From the NCBI GenBank assembly GCA_963700155.1, contig OY969472.1, positions 598,431 through 662,430 on the forward strand: a stretch of DNA of 64,000 nt, in the 5' to 3' direction. A program made the translations under genes and the position numbers. Position 1 is the first letter of the stretch, and the number at the start of each line of letters is the position of its first letter. This document shows, piece after piece, positions 1 through 8,751 of this stretch. Origin of the DNA: an uncultured bacterium. Lineage in GTDB: Bacteria > Patescibacteriota > Dojkabacteria > J137. The notes beneath the pieces were generated by a model that was given only the letters and a program-made list of their open reading frames with translations, was not told where the DNA came from and searched no databases.

Positions 1-1599
1 TCAAAAGGATAATGGAATCTTGCATAGGGCATAGCCCCCGAATCATACCAAACATCTATTACATCAGGGATTCTTTTGTATTTTTCACCATCTATTTCAA
101 ACTCAATTTCATCGACAAAAGGTTTATGAGGATCATTTAATTCTGCTCCTGATAATTCTTTTAATTCTTTAAATGAGCCGATAACCATTACTTTCCCAGA
201 TTCTGACTTCCAGACAGGGAGAGGAGTTCCCCAATATCTTGATCTTGATATTCCCCAATCTTTTATTTCGGCTAACCAATTTCCAAATCTACCTTCTTTT
301 ACATGAGACGGAACCCAATTAATTTTTTCATTATTAGCTACTAATTTATCTCTTAATTGGCTCATTGATATGTACCAGGATGTAATAGGTTTATAGATCA
401 GTGGAGTATTAGTTCTCCAACACATTGGCATATCATGTTCATATTGTTCTTCTCTAAATAATCTATCTTTTTGTTTTAAATCTTCAATAATTTTAGGGTT
501 TGCATCTCTATAATTTAACCCAGCATAAGGCTGGATCTCGTCAGTAAAGTCTCCTTGATCATCAAGAACATCGAAACTTTTTATTCCAACTTTTTGAAAA
601 ATTTCATTATCCTCAGCTCCGTAAGGCGCCAAATGAACAATCCCTGTTCCTGAATCAGTTGCTACATAATCAGCATCATATATTTTGTGGGCATTTTCTC
701 GACCAATAAAAAAATCAAATGGAGGAACATATTCTTTTCCTATTAATTCTTCAGCCGAAATTTCACCAACAACTGTGAATGGATCTCCTTTAAATACATT
801 ATCCAAAAGATCTTTTGCAACAATATATGTATTTTCTGTATAGATCCTTTCACTTTTACATATTTAATATTTTTATTAATTAGCTAATCCTAGATTTGAG
901 GGAATAGTCCAAGGAGTTGTCGTCCAAGCTAATAATTATAGTTTTAGGATCTTCTTTTAATGGAAATTCAACAGTTATTGCAGGATCTATAAAAGGTTTG
1001 TATCCTCCTAAAGCTACTTCTGCATTAGATAAAGTTGTTCCTGCTCTAGTTGAATAAGGTACAACTTTGAATCCTTCATACAGTAGTCCTTTATTCATAA
1101 AGCTCTTTTAATGACCACCAGATAGATTCTATGTAATCTTTATCCATTGTTGCATATTCTTCTTCATCATTTGTTAATCTCCCCATCATTTCTTCTAGTT
1201 CCACAATTTGTGCTCTTTTATCAGTTACTAATTTTCTACATAGTTCATTGAACTTGGCAACTCCAAATTTTTCTATATCCTTTTTTTCTTTAAATCCTAA
1301 GTTTTTTTCAACTTCATACTCAACAGGTAATCCTTGGCAATCCCAGCCGATACTTCTTGAGTTACTCTAAATCCTTGCATAGTCCAATATCTTGGAATAA
1401 TGTCTTTTAGTGAGAATGTGAGTGCATGGCCTATATGAGGATCTCCATTTGCAGTAATTGGTCCATCATAAAAAGTTTTATTTTTATCATCAGGTCTTTG
1501 GTTAATTGATTTTTCAAGAATATTGCTTTCTTTCCAATATTTTAGTATTTCTTGTTCAAAAGAAAAAAAATCAGGTTTTCCTGAAGGTTTGCTAAACAT
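1..1599 (-). pseudogene. ileS: Isoleucyl-tRNA synthetase (ileS), N-terminal ~530 codons running off the window start; interrupted by at least five single-nucleotide A indels between ~845 and ~1365
   Basis: The minus-strand translation shows the HIGH-region 'DPHIGHAL...PRYWTMQGFRV', then 'RSIGWDCQGLPVEYEVEK', 'SIWWSLKELYE', 'KGLLYEGFKVVPY', 'WTTTPWTIPSNLGLA', and from ~845 down to 1 an uninterrupted 'ERIYTENTYIVAKDLL...DVWYDSGAMPYARFHYPF'. These are class I IleRS motifs. Consecutive pieces lie in different frames, and each junction can be repaired by one A insertion or deletion. Confidence 0.7.
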
Positions 1600-1631
1600 A
1601 TTTTTCTAATTTCTAAAAGGTAATTGAGTAC

Positions 1632-2087
1632 ATGCAATTTTACATTCAATGTAAGTTATATGCAATGTTGTATAATCAACCAAATAAATATTATTCCAAT
1701 AGTATGGACAAACATTTTAGAGTTGATGATGGATATAATAATACTATTACAAAAAAGAATGCATTAGTAGCTTTTATAACAATGTCTAGATGGGATTTAT
1801 GGCACTGTGAATATTTGATAAATTTTGCAAAAAATTTAGTTTCAGATTTCGATAAACTTAGCTATTTAGATGTAGGACTTTTTAATGATTTACCTGAAGT
1901 TAGGACGATATTAAATTTAAGATTGGAAGGAACAATAAAAGAAAGAGAATTAGAAGTAATGTCAGGGATAATATATATTGTATTTATGATTAAAAAAAAT
2001 ATTGAGAGAGAATCTATGATACAAAAACTAGAAAAAGTTCTTGAATACAAAGTATCTTTTTTTGATCCTAATTCTTATTTATATTAA
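1632..2087 (+). CDS. hypothetical protein (151 aa)
   Basis: ORF with no recognisable motif; it sits between ileS and the next ORF. Confidence 0.3.
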   Translation: MQFYIQCKLYAMLYNQPNKYYSNSMDKHFRVDDGYNNTITKKNALVAFITMSRWDLWHCEYLINFAKNLVSDFDKLSYLDVGLFNDLPEVRTILNLRLEGTIKERELEVMSGIIYIVFMIKKNIERESMIQKLEKVLEYKVSFFDPNSYLY

Positions 2088-2119
2088 TCATAAATATTCA
2101 AGAATCTTTAAACAAAAGA

Positions 2120-2455
2120 GTGACACTTGATAATTTAATAGTTTCTTATTTTATGTACGATATTCCCGAGAGTGAGAGAGAAGAAGTTCTAGATACATTA
2201 GTAAAAGATTTAGCGATATTAGTCAGACAAAGTGAAATATTCTCGCCTAAAGATCCATATAAACTCTATGGACTTTCTGAAATAATTGATATCCTAAATG
2301 TTGATTTGGGTAGTCAAGTTTCAGTTGAGACACAAATACGAAATAAAATTTTAGAAATGATAGATATAGTAAATAGTAAGGGGTATGGATATAAAACTAA
2401 AGTTGAGAATCTCCTCAAGTTAACAAAGTTTTTTACCCAAGCAAAATATTATTAA
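2120..2455 (+). CDS. hypothetical protein (111 aa)
   Basis: ORF only. Confidence 0.3.
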   Translation: MTLDNLIVSYFMYDIPESEREEVLDTLVKDLAILVRQSEIFSPKDPYKLYGLSEIIDILNVDLGSQVSVETQIRNKILEMIDIVNSKGYGYKTKVENLLKLTKFFTQAKYY

Positions 2456-2498
2456 TTAACGTCACAAACAGTCCTACGTTAGAATAATTAGGTTAACA

Positions 2499-3311
2499 GT
2501 GTATAATTGCAAAATGAATCCAATAACTGAAAAAATTTTAAATTCGAGAAAGTATAAAGATATCTATCCAAAAACAATCGAAAGAATAGTAAATGATTGT
2601 ATTAAAAGATATGGAGAAAAACGTGCAGAGAAAGAAGCGAAAGAGCTTATCCATCAAGTATGGGGAGCCTTCTATCGAAGTAGACCAGATTTCCAGAAAT
2701 TACTTGAAAAATTCTCTGCAGATGTTCCAGAAGATGATTATGATTTTGCAAATTTAAAACAGATAGATGATTTATTAAGAATACATTCTTCTACAGTAGA
2801 AAGAATGAAATTCATAGATGAATTTTATTCTAAAATATTTAAAATTACTGGGAAACCAAAGTCCATACAGGATATTGGTTGCGGATTTACTCCTCTGGGT
2901 ATTAAACATATGGGGATTTCAAAGAAAACTATGTATACCGCCTCTGATATTGATTTGGAGGAAATCCGCTTCTTGGCAAAAATATCTAAAATATTATTTC
3001 CGGACTATAATGTAAAATTTGAGGCTGCTGATGTTTTAGTGGATGATTTTGAATATGCTGATGTAGTATTTTTATTAAAAACTATTCCAATCTTAGAAAG
3101 ACAAGAAAAAAATGCTTCTGAAAATATTTTGGATAAGTTAAAGTATAAATATTTAGTTGTTAGTTTCCCTTTAAAAAGTTTATCTGGAAGAGAAGTGGGA
3201 ATGTCAAAATTTTATTCTGAGAACTTTGATGAGATTTTACAAAAAAAATCATTAGTTTATAAAAAATTAGAATTTACAAATGAACTTGTATATGTCATTA
3301 GTTCTGTATAA
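2499..3311 (+). CDS. FmrO/ArmA/RmtB-family 16S rRNA (guanine1405-N7)-methyltransferase homologue (aminoglycoside-resistance type)
   Basis: At 270 aa it matches the family in length. It is collinear with RmtB as I recall it. 'ILNSRKYKDIYPKTIERIV' aligns with 'ILASKKYRALCPDTVRRIL'. The SAM motif 'IQDIGCGFTPLGI' aligns with 'VLDIACGLNPLAL'. 'VFLLKTIPILERQEKNASENIL' aligns with 'IFKLLPLLEREQAGSAMALL'. 'YLVVSFPLKSLSGREVGMSKFYSENFD' aligns with 'RMAVSFPTRSLGGRGKGMEANYAAWFE'. The C-terminal 'ELVYVISSV' aligns with 'ELIYLIKKNG'. Confidence 0.6.
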   Translation: MYNCKMNPITEKILNSRKYKDIYPKTIERIVNDCIKRYGEKRAEKEAKELIHQVWGAFYRSRPDFQKLLEKFSADVPEDDYDFANLKQIDDLLRIHSSTVERMKFIDEFYSKIFKITGKPKSIQDIGCGFTPLGIKHMGISKKTMYTASDIDLEEIRFLAKISKILFPDYNVKFEAADVLVDDFEYADVVFLLKTIPILERQEKNASENILDKLKYKYLVVSFPLKSLSGREVGMSKFYSENFDEILQKKSLVYKKLEFTNELVYVISSV

Positions 3312-3349
3312 TGCTAATATAATAAATATTAGTTTTTAATTATTTACTA

Positions 3350-3604
3350 ATGGGTAAAGTTGAAGCAAATATGGATAGCTCTATCGATGTACAGAAGGTG
3401 TTAAAGTATATCCCAAGAGTTATTGCAGCATTATTCTTTGGAGGATTGGTTGTTTATCAAAATTATATTATATTTCATCTTTTGCAAACTACATTAGGTT
3501 GGGAAAACATTGGAGATATGCAGATAGTTCTGGCTGCAGCTGTTGCCTCAACTGTAATTGAGACATACTTAATTGCAAGAGAGATTGGAAAGTGGATGAG
3601 ATAG
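3350..3604 (+). CDS. small integral membrane protein (84 aa, two predicted TM helices)
   Basis: Hydrophobic segments 'VIAALFFGGLVVYQNYIIF' and 'IVLAAAVASTVIETYLIA'. Its stop is 1 nt before the fmt ATG. Confidence 0.35.
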   Translation: MGKVEANMDSSIDVQKVLKYIPRVIAALFFGGLVVYQNYIIFHLLQTTLGWENIGDMQIVLAAAVASTVIETYLIAREIGKWMR

Positions 3605-3605
3605 T

Positions 3606-4532
3606 ATGGACAAAATTAAGACGATTATTATTGGGACTTCTGAATTTGCTGTACCGATTTTAGAGGCGGCTTTAGCACATCCAATGCTTGAAGTTGCTGC
3701 AATTGTAACTCAACCTGATCGTCCTGCAGGCCGTGAACAAACGCTAAAGCCGTCTGCTGTAAAACAATTCCTTTTAGACAAAAAAAGTGAAATTACAATA
3801 ATTCAACCCGAAAAAATAAAAGATATTTCAGGCGAACTACTTGATGAATATGAACCTGAATTAATTATAGTAGCTTCTTATGGGCAGATAATTCCGAATA
3901 ATATTTTGGAATATCCAAAATATAAATGTCTAAATTTTCATGGTTCATTACTTCCAAAATTAAGAGGTGCTGTTCCAGTAAATATGGCAATTTTACTTGG
4001 ATTTGAGAAAACAGGAGTAACTTTACAGATTATGGCTGAAAAAATGGATGTTGGAGATATTATCTCAACTAGAGAATATATTTTAAAACCTGATGAAACG
4101 GCTGAATCTTTGATGGCTGAACTTTCAATGCTCTCAGTTGAAATCTTAAATCAAGATTTAGAGAAATGGATATTAGGTCAGATTCAGCCATCTGCTCAAG
4201 ATGAATCAGAAGCTACTTATTGTTATAGAGGTGATATTTCTAAAGATAAAGCAGAGATAAAATTTGAAACTGATATAGATTTAGCAGAGCGAATGATTAG
4301 AGCTTTTTATCCATGGCCGGTTGTCTGGTTTGAGCTTCCGGGAAAGGGAAGAGTAAAAATATTTAAAGCTAAAAAATCTGATATTCAAAGCCAGGCAACC
4401 GGCCTTCAATTAACAAAATCAGATAAAAAATTACTACTGAATCTTCAAAATGGTACTCTTGAACTTTTAGAACTTCAACTTGAAGGAAAGAAGAGGGATA
4501 GTGTAATTAATTATTACTTTCTTGTTAATTAA
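3606..4532 (+). CDS. fmt: methionyl-tRNA formyltransferase
   Basis: N-terminal formyltransferase fold with 'IIGTSEFAVPILEAAL', 'IVTQPDRPAGR' and 'NFHGSLLPKLRGAVPVNMAIL' (cf. E. coli SLLPRWRGAAPIQ), followed by the C-terminal Fmt domain. Length is 308 aa. Confidence 0.9.
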   Translation: MDKIKTIIIGTSEFAVPILEAALAHPMLEVAAIVTQPDRPAGREQTLKPSAVKQFLLDKKSEITIIQPEKIKDISGELLDEYEPELIIVASYGQIIPNNILEYPKYKCLNFHGSLLPKLRGAVPVNMAILLGFEKTGVTLQIMAEKMDVGDIISTREYILKPDETAESLMAELSMLSVEILNQDLEKWILGQIQPSAQDESEATYCYRGDISKDKAEIKFETDIDLAERMIRAFYPWPVVWFELPGKGRVKIFKAKKSDIQSQATGLQLTKSDKKLLLNLQNGTLELLELQLEGKKRDSVINYYFLVN

Positions 4533-4534
4533 TG

Positions 4535-5074
4535 TTAATATCTGAATTTCTTTTCATCAGGGTAGTATGTCATTTCAGAAACATCAGGATCTAAAGATAA
4601 TTCTTTTATGAATCTTGCTCTTTTCTCCGAGATTGAAAGTGCTTCCATAAGATCTAACCCATGTTCTTCGACACAACAATAGAAATATTCTCCAAAAACC
4701 AGTAATCTCAATCGTGAACTAAAACTGAATCCCCTAATTTCAAATGCAGTAATTATTGATGATTTATTATTAAGATCACTGAAGAAGAATAGTCTTTCAC
4801 GCAATATTTGTGAATATCGATTAATTCTATCAAGTTCCCTTTCTATTCTTATTTTTATTGTATCATCTGAAAGCTTAGATACTTCCATTGCTTGAATTGC
4901 TGGCAAATAGAAAAGTACAGCCTCCGGATCATTACTAATTTGACTAACTAGTTTATCCCACTTGTTATTTAGTTCTATCTCTTCACGAAGTTTAAGTTCA
5001 TTATAGCCATCACCTCTTTGATAGAAATCATAATCAGGATGAACCAAAAGATATATTTTATTTATTTCTGTCAT
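4535..5074 (-). CDS. hypothetical protein (179 aa)
   Basis: ORF convergent with fmt; it overlaps the next ORF by 4 nt (ATGA), suggesting an operon. Confidence 0.4.
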   Translation of the reverse strand: MTEINKIYLLVHPDYDFYQRGDGYNELKLREEIELNNKWDKLVSQISNDPEAVLFYLPAIQAMEVSKLSDDTIKIRIERELDRINRYSQILRERLFFFSDLNNKSSIITAFEIRGFSFSSRLRLLVFGEYFYCCVEEHGLDLMEALSISEKRARFIKELSLDPDVSEMTYYPDEKKFRY

Positions 5075-5331
5075 GGTTCAATAAAGAAGGGTCTTTTAAC
5101 ATTTATACCTTCTTCAGTTAGTTCATATTTACCTAAATAATCTGCAATTTCTTCTGAATCATTCTTACAACCGACAATTAATCTTTTATAAATTTCTTCA
5201 TCGCTAAATCGTGTATCAGTTATCATAATATAAATCCTTGCTTTTTCTTCATTACTGCCAATATAAGGAGTTATTCTTTCAAATAAGTCTTCTCTAGCTT
5301 CTGTATAGTTTTCTATTGAGGGTATATCCAT
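5071..5331 (-). CDS. hypothetical protein (86 aa)
   Basis: ORF translationally coupled to 4535..5074. Confidence 0.35.
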   Translation of the reverse strand: MDIPSIENYTEAREDLFERITPYIGSNEEKARIYIMITDTRFSDEEIYKRLIVGCKNDSEEIADYLGKYELTEEGINVKRPFFIEP

Positions 5332-5379
5332 AAAATTGCTTTAAAAAATAATAGTTAAAATTCTACCATATGATGAATT

Positions 5380-5622
5380 TTAGTTCTGAAGATCACTGAT
5401 TTTTTGAAGTATATATTGCTCCGGCCAATAATCTGCGGCTTGGTGTAAATATTCTAGTTCTTTTGATTTATTTCCATCTTTCTCAGCTTGGACAGCAAGG
5501 TTATAGAAGTTTCTTGCTTTTGTTTTGGGAACTCCAATAAAATACATATAAGAAAGGAATAAAGCTCCAACAGCAATAGATACTAAAACAAAAACGGAAA
5601 ATTTTTTAATCATCTTCATCAT
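5380..5622 (-). CDS. small signal-anchored protein (80 aa)
   Basis: N-terminal TM 'FSVFVLVSIAVGALFLSYMYFI', then a short helical tail; it overlaps the AI-2E gene by 17 nt. Confidence 0.3.
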   Translation of the reverse strand: MMKMIKKFSVFVLVSIAVGALFLSYMYFIGVPKTKARNFYNLAVQAEKDGNKSKELEYLHQAADYWPEQYILQKISDLQN

Positions 5623-6721
5623 ACTTTACTTTTAAATAACCACCGCTACTTAAGAATTTTTGATGATAAATATCAATTATTGAAATAAAGAAGACAATTA
5701 TCAAAGGTCCATATAGTATTCCTAAAGGACCAAAGTAGTAAAGACCTCCTAAAACACTAAAAATAGTAACTAGTGGATGGATTTTTACAGTATTTTTCAT
5801 TATTCTTGGTCTTACTGTAGTATCAATAACATTAATGATAACTGCACAATAAACAACAAGCGCAACTGCAATTAATATTTCAGATGCATTTCCTGTACGT
5901 ATTCCATCAAACGCTAAGAATATTCCTAATGGTCCCCAGACTAGACCTGATCCAATAGGCAATAAAGATAAAATTACCATAATGATCCACAATAATATTG
6001 GTGCACCAACATTTAGAATTAATAAAGGTATCAATACAGCAGTTGCTTGTAATATTGCTACAAAGAAGCTTCCTTTTATAACCCCTTTTGTAGTAGCTTT
6101 AAAATTTTTTACTAAAATTAAGTCTAAATCTTTATCTAGTGGAGATAATCTACTTATAATTTCTGGTAAATTATCATAAATTGGAAAGAAATATATCAAG
6201 CAAAGTAAAAGCAAGAATAAACTAAATAATATTAATCCACTGAGCGATAGAAATTGTTGAACAAATGGTAATAATTGATCCTGTACATTATTTGCAATAC
6301 TTACAGCTAATTGCTGACTATTTAAAGAAGAAATTGTATAGTTCAAATTCAAGCTTTTGAAAACATTATTAATATTATCTATTGTCACATTTATGCTAGA
6401 TTGAAGATTGCTTAAACTCCCAAATAAATCTGAATTTGCTGTTACTGTCGAAACTTCACTTAGTGTTAATAATGCCAAAATAATTATCGGAATAATCATT
6501 AATAATATTGTTAGTATGACAGAAAGAGTAGTACTGATTGCCTTGCTCTTAGTTCTTCTCAAAAAGAATTTATAAAATGGATGGAAAATTTGAACAAGAA
6601 TTAACGCAACAATGATAATGTTCAGATAAGGCAAAAATAATGTGATAGCTAAGTATGCTATTAATACTAAAACTACAAGTAGAAAAATATTTTTTATTTC
6701 AAGTTCTTTTAGTGTACTCAT
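5606..6721 (-). CDS. AI-2E family transporter (PerM/UPF0118-like permease)
   Basis: 371 aa with ~8 TM segments and the characteristic N-terminal TM pair followed by 'FHPFYKFF'. A conserved C-terminal 'GPLGILYGPLIIVFF' hairpin matches AI-2E family topology. Confidence 0.7.
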   Translation of the reverse strand: MSTLKELEIKNIFLLVVLVLIAYLAITLFLPYLNIIIVALILVQIFHPFYKFFLRRTKSKAISTTLSVILTILLMIIPIIILALLTLSEVSTVTANSDLFGSLSNLQSSINVTIDNINNVFKSLNLNYTISSLNSQQLAVSIANNVQDQLLPFVQQFLSLSGLILFSLFLLLLCLIYFFPIYDNLPEIISRLSPLDKDLDLILVKNFKATTKGVIKGSFFVAILQATAVLIPLLILNVGAPILLWIIMVILSLLPIGSGLVWGPLGIFLAFDGIRTGNASEILIAVALVVYCAVIINVIDTTVRPRIMKNTVKIHPLVTIFSVLGGLYYFGPLGILYGPLIIVFFISIIDIYHQKFLSSGGYLKVKYDEDD

Positions 6722-6756
6722 ATCTAGGTATAAGTTTACCCTGTTTTAAAAATTTT

Positions 6757-8748
6757 TTACACTATATTATTTTTGCCCCTATTAATTACCAATCCGACAC
6801 GGTTTAATCTTGACCAGTAATAATCAAATGTTCCAGAATCCATCCAGATTAATCCAAACCAAGGATCATTTATATAAAAGGCTTGTGGATTATCAACGGT
6901 ACCTCTTATTCCAGTTATAACTCCACCATGCTGACCATTAATAGCATAAATTCCCGGAGTTCCCCATTGTAAATCGGAATTACTGCTTGTCCCATTATAT
7001 CTCCATATCTCTACTGGATGACCATTTTCTATCGATTTTGCGAGATCATAAATATTCCAGTTAGTATGAAGTTCCGTTTGTATTCCATGATTTGTATAAA
7101 CTTTTTGAATAGGATTCCAATAAACTCCATATCCCCAACTTCCATCTGAATTTCCGACAAAAACTTGATTAGGATCAGCTAGCCATCTTCCTTGTGCATC
7201 CTGGCTACTATCATGTCCTGTTTCTGAAATAATTGAAGTTATACTTAAATCTACTCCTTTCCAAGCTAGTCCCATTTTGGTTGCATAAATATTACATGAG
7301 AACGAGACTGGGTATTGAGGCTGGTAATATAAAGGCATTGAAATTATTACTTCATTATTCCTAATAGTAAATTGAGAGCTGAATTCTTCTGTACTGTTTA
7401 TTCCATCTACAGATTTAACACCTTTAGAAATTTTTACTGTGTAGGATGTTGAGAATGATAAATTACTACTAGGTGTGAAAATTAATGTTTGCTCTTTCCA
7501 TCTATATTTACCTGCAACATTTGGTTGAATTGAGAAATGTTCTTGTGCAGATGTATGATCGACATCCTGATTAAATGTAATTTTAATTTGCGATTTTTCA
7601 TCAACTTTAACTTCACCATTGAAAGGATCAAATTCTTTTACTGCAGCTTTTCCAATAGTTTCAAAAGTATATTTTAATTTCTTGTTTGTTGTTAACCCAC
7701 TTTTACTTTTTGCACCAGAACTCAGTGTAACAGTGTACTTTGTTTCTTTTGGTAATAATGATTCTGGTGTAAATATTAAGGCCCGATCATTTAGCCAATT
7801 ATATGTTCCTTGGGTATTTGGTTCAATTTCCAAATTTTGTTCAACAGAAGATCGATCCATTGCAGTGGAAAATAGTATTTTTATTTTTTCATCAGACTTT
7901 ATATCACTACCGTTTGGTGAAAAGTGGCTTATTAAAGGTTCATTTTGAGTATCAAATTCAAAGTTATGAATAAGAACCGGATTATCATGTTCAATTTCAG
8001 TATTTGTCTCTAAATTATAAGTTTTTGCAGTCCGAAAGATTTGAAGAGTATAGTGAGTACTTAACTCATAATTATCTTTTGGAGTGATTTTAAATTCAGT
8101 ATCACTAATTTTATTTAAAGAAAAATCAATATTAGGCGTGAATTTATAATTAATGTCTACTAAATTATTAACAGGTTTATCGTAAGTTAAAGTTATTTCT
8201 TGATTCTCACTAACTTCAAGAGCTTTATTTTGCGGATTTGTCTCGATAATCTCAGGCAGTTTAGGGCTATCAAAAACAAATCCGCCTTCATGGCCTTCAT
8301 CTCTAAAGCCAAATCTACCTATACCAGTAAAGTAAATAACAATTCGCTGTCCCGGGAAAAGCGTTTCTTTAGGATAAAATTCACCTTCTCTTGTCAACCT
8401 TTGTATTCCTAAATATGGTTTCCATACCCAGTCACCATTTATTTTAGGATTTATATTCTCATAGAGCTTTAAAACATCTACAGGCATATTAAAAATTACT
8501 TTTATTGGCTTATCATAACTTTCCCAGATTCCTTCTGTAACAGGTGTGGTATTTTGAATTTGAGGAGTTATAGTGACATATTTAACCAATGTTATCCCTA
8601 ATGCAGCTATAAGCAATACAACGCTGATAAAAAGCTTTAGAAATTTTTTATTTCTCTTCTTTTTTATTATCCAATAGACATTAAGCCCGAGATCTAAAGC
8701 AATCAATAAAAGAGAGAAGAGTATTATTAAGTCAAAATCAATATCCAT
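6757..8748 (-). CDS. secreted/membrane-anchored protein with tandem Ig-like (SbsA/Big-type) domains and a C-terminal peptidase C39-like (BtrH-type) domain
   Basis: N-terminal TM 'LIILFSLLLIALDLGL'. Repeated ~90-aa beta-rich modules follow. The C-terminus 'PLYYQPQYPVSFSCNIYATKMGLAWKG...GHDSS' resembles the Cys-containing Peptidase_C39_2 core. Confidence 0.5.
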   Translation of the reverse strand: MDIDFDLIILFSLLLIALDLGLNVYWIIKKKRNKKFLKLFISVVLLIAALGITLVKYVTITPQIQNTTPVTEGIWESYDKPIKVIFNMPVDVLKLYENINPKINGDWVWKPYLGIQRLTREGEFYPKETLFPGQRIVIYFTGIGRFGFRDEGHEGGFVFDSPKLPEIIETNPQNKALEVSENQEITLTYDKPVNNLVDINYKFTPNIDFSLNKISDTEFKITPKDNYELSTHYTLQIFRTAKTYNLETNTEIEHDNPVLIHNFEFDTQNEPLISHFSPNGSDIKSDEKIKILFSTAMDRSSVEQNLEIEPNTQGTYNWLNDRALIFTPESLLPKETKYTVTLSSGAKSKSGLTTNKKLKYTFETIGKAAVKEFDPFNGEVKVDEKSQIKITFNQDVDHTSAQEHFSIQPNVAGKYRWKEQTLIFTPSSNLSFSTSYTVKISKGVKSVDGINSTEEFSSQFTIRNNEVIISMPLYYQPQYPVSFSCNIYATKMGLAWKGVDLSITSIISETGHDSSQDAQGRWLADPNQVFVGNSDGSWGYGVYWNPIQKVYTNHGIQTELHTNWNIYDLAKSIENGHPVEIWRYNGTSSNSDLQWGTPGIYAINGQHGGVITGIRGTVDNPQAFYINDPWFGLIWMDSGTFDYYWSRLNRVGLVINRGKNNIV

Positions 8749-8751
8749 AAT

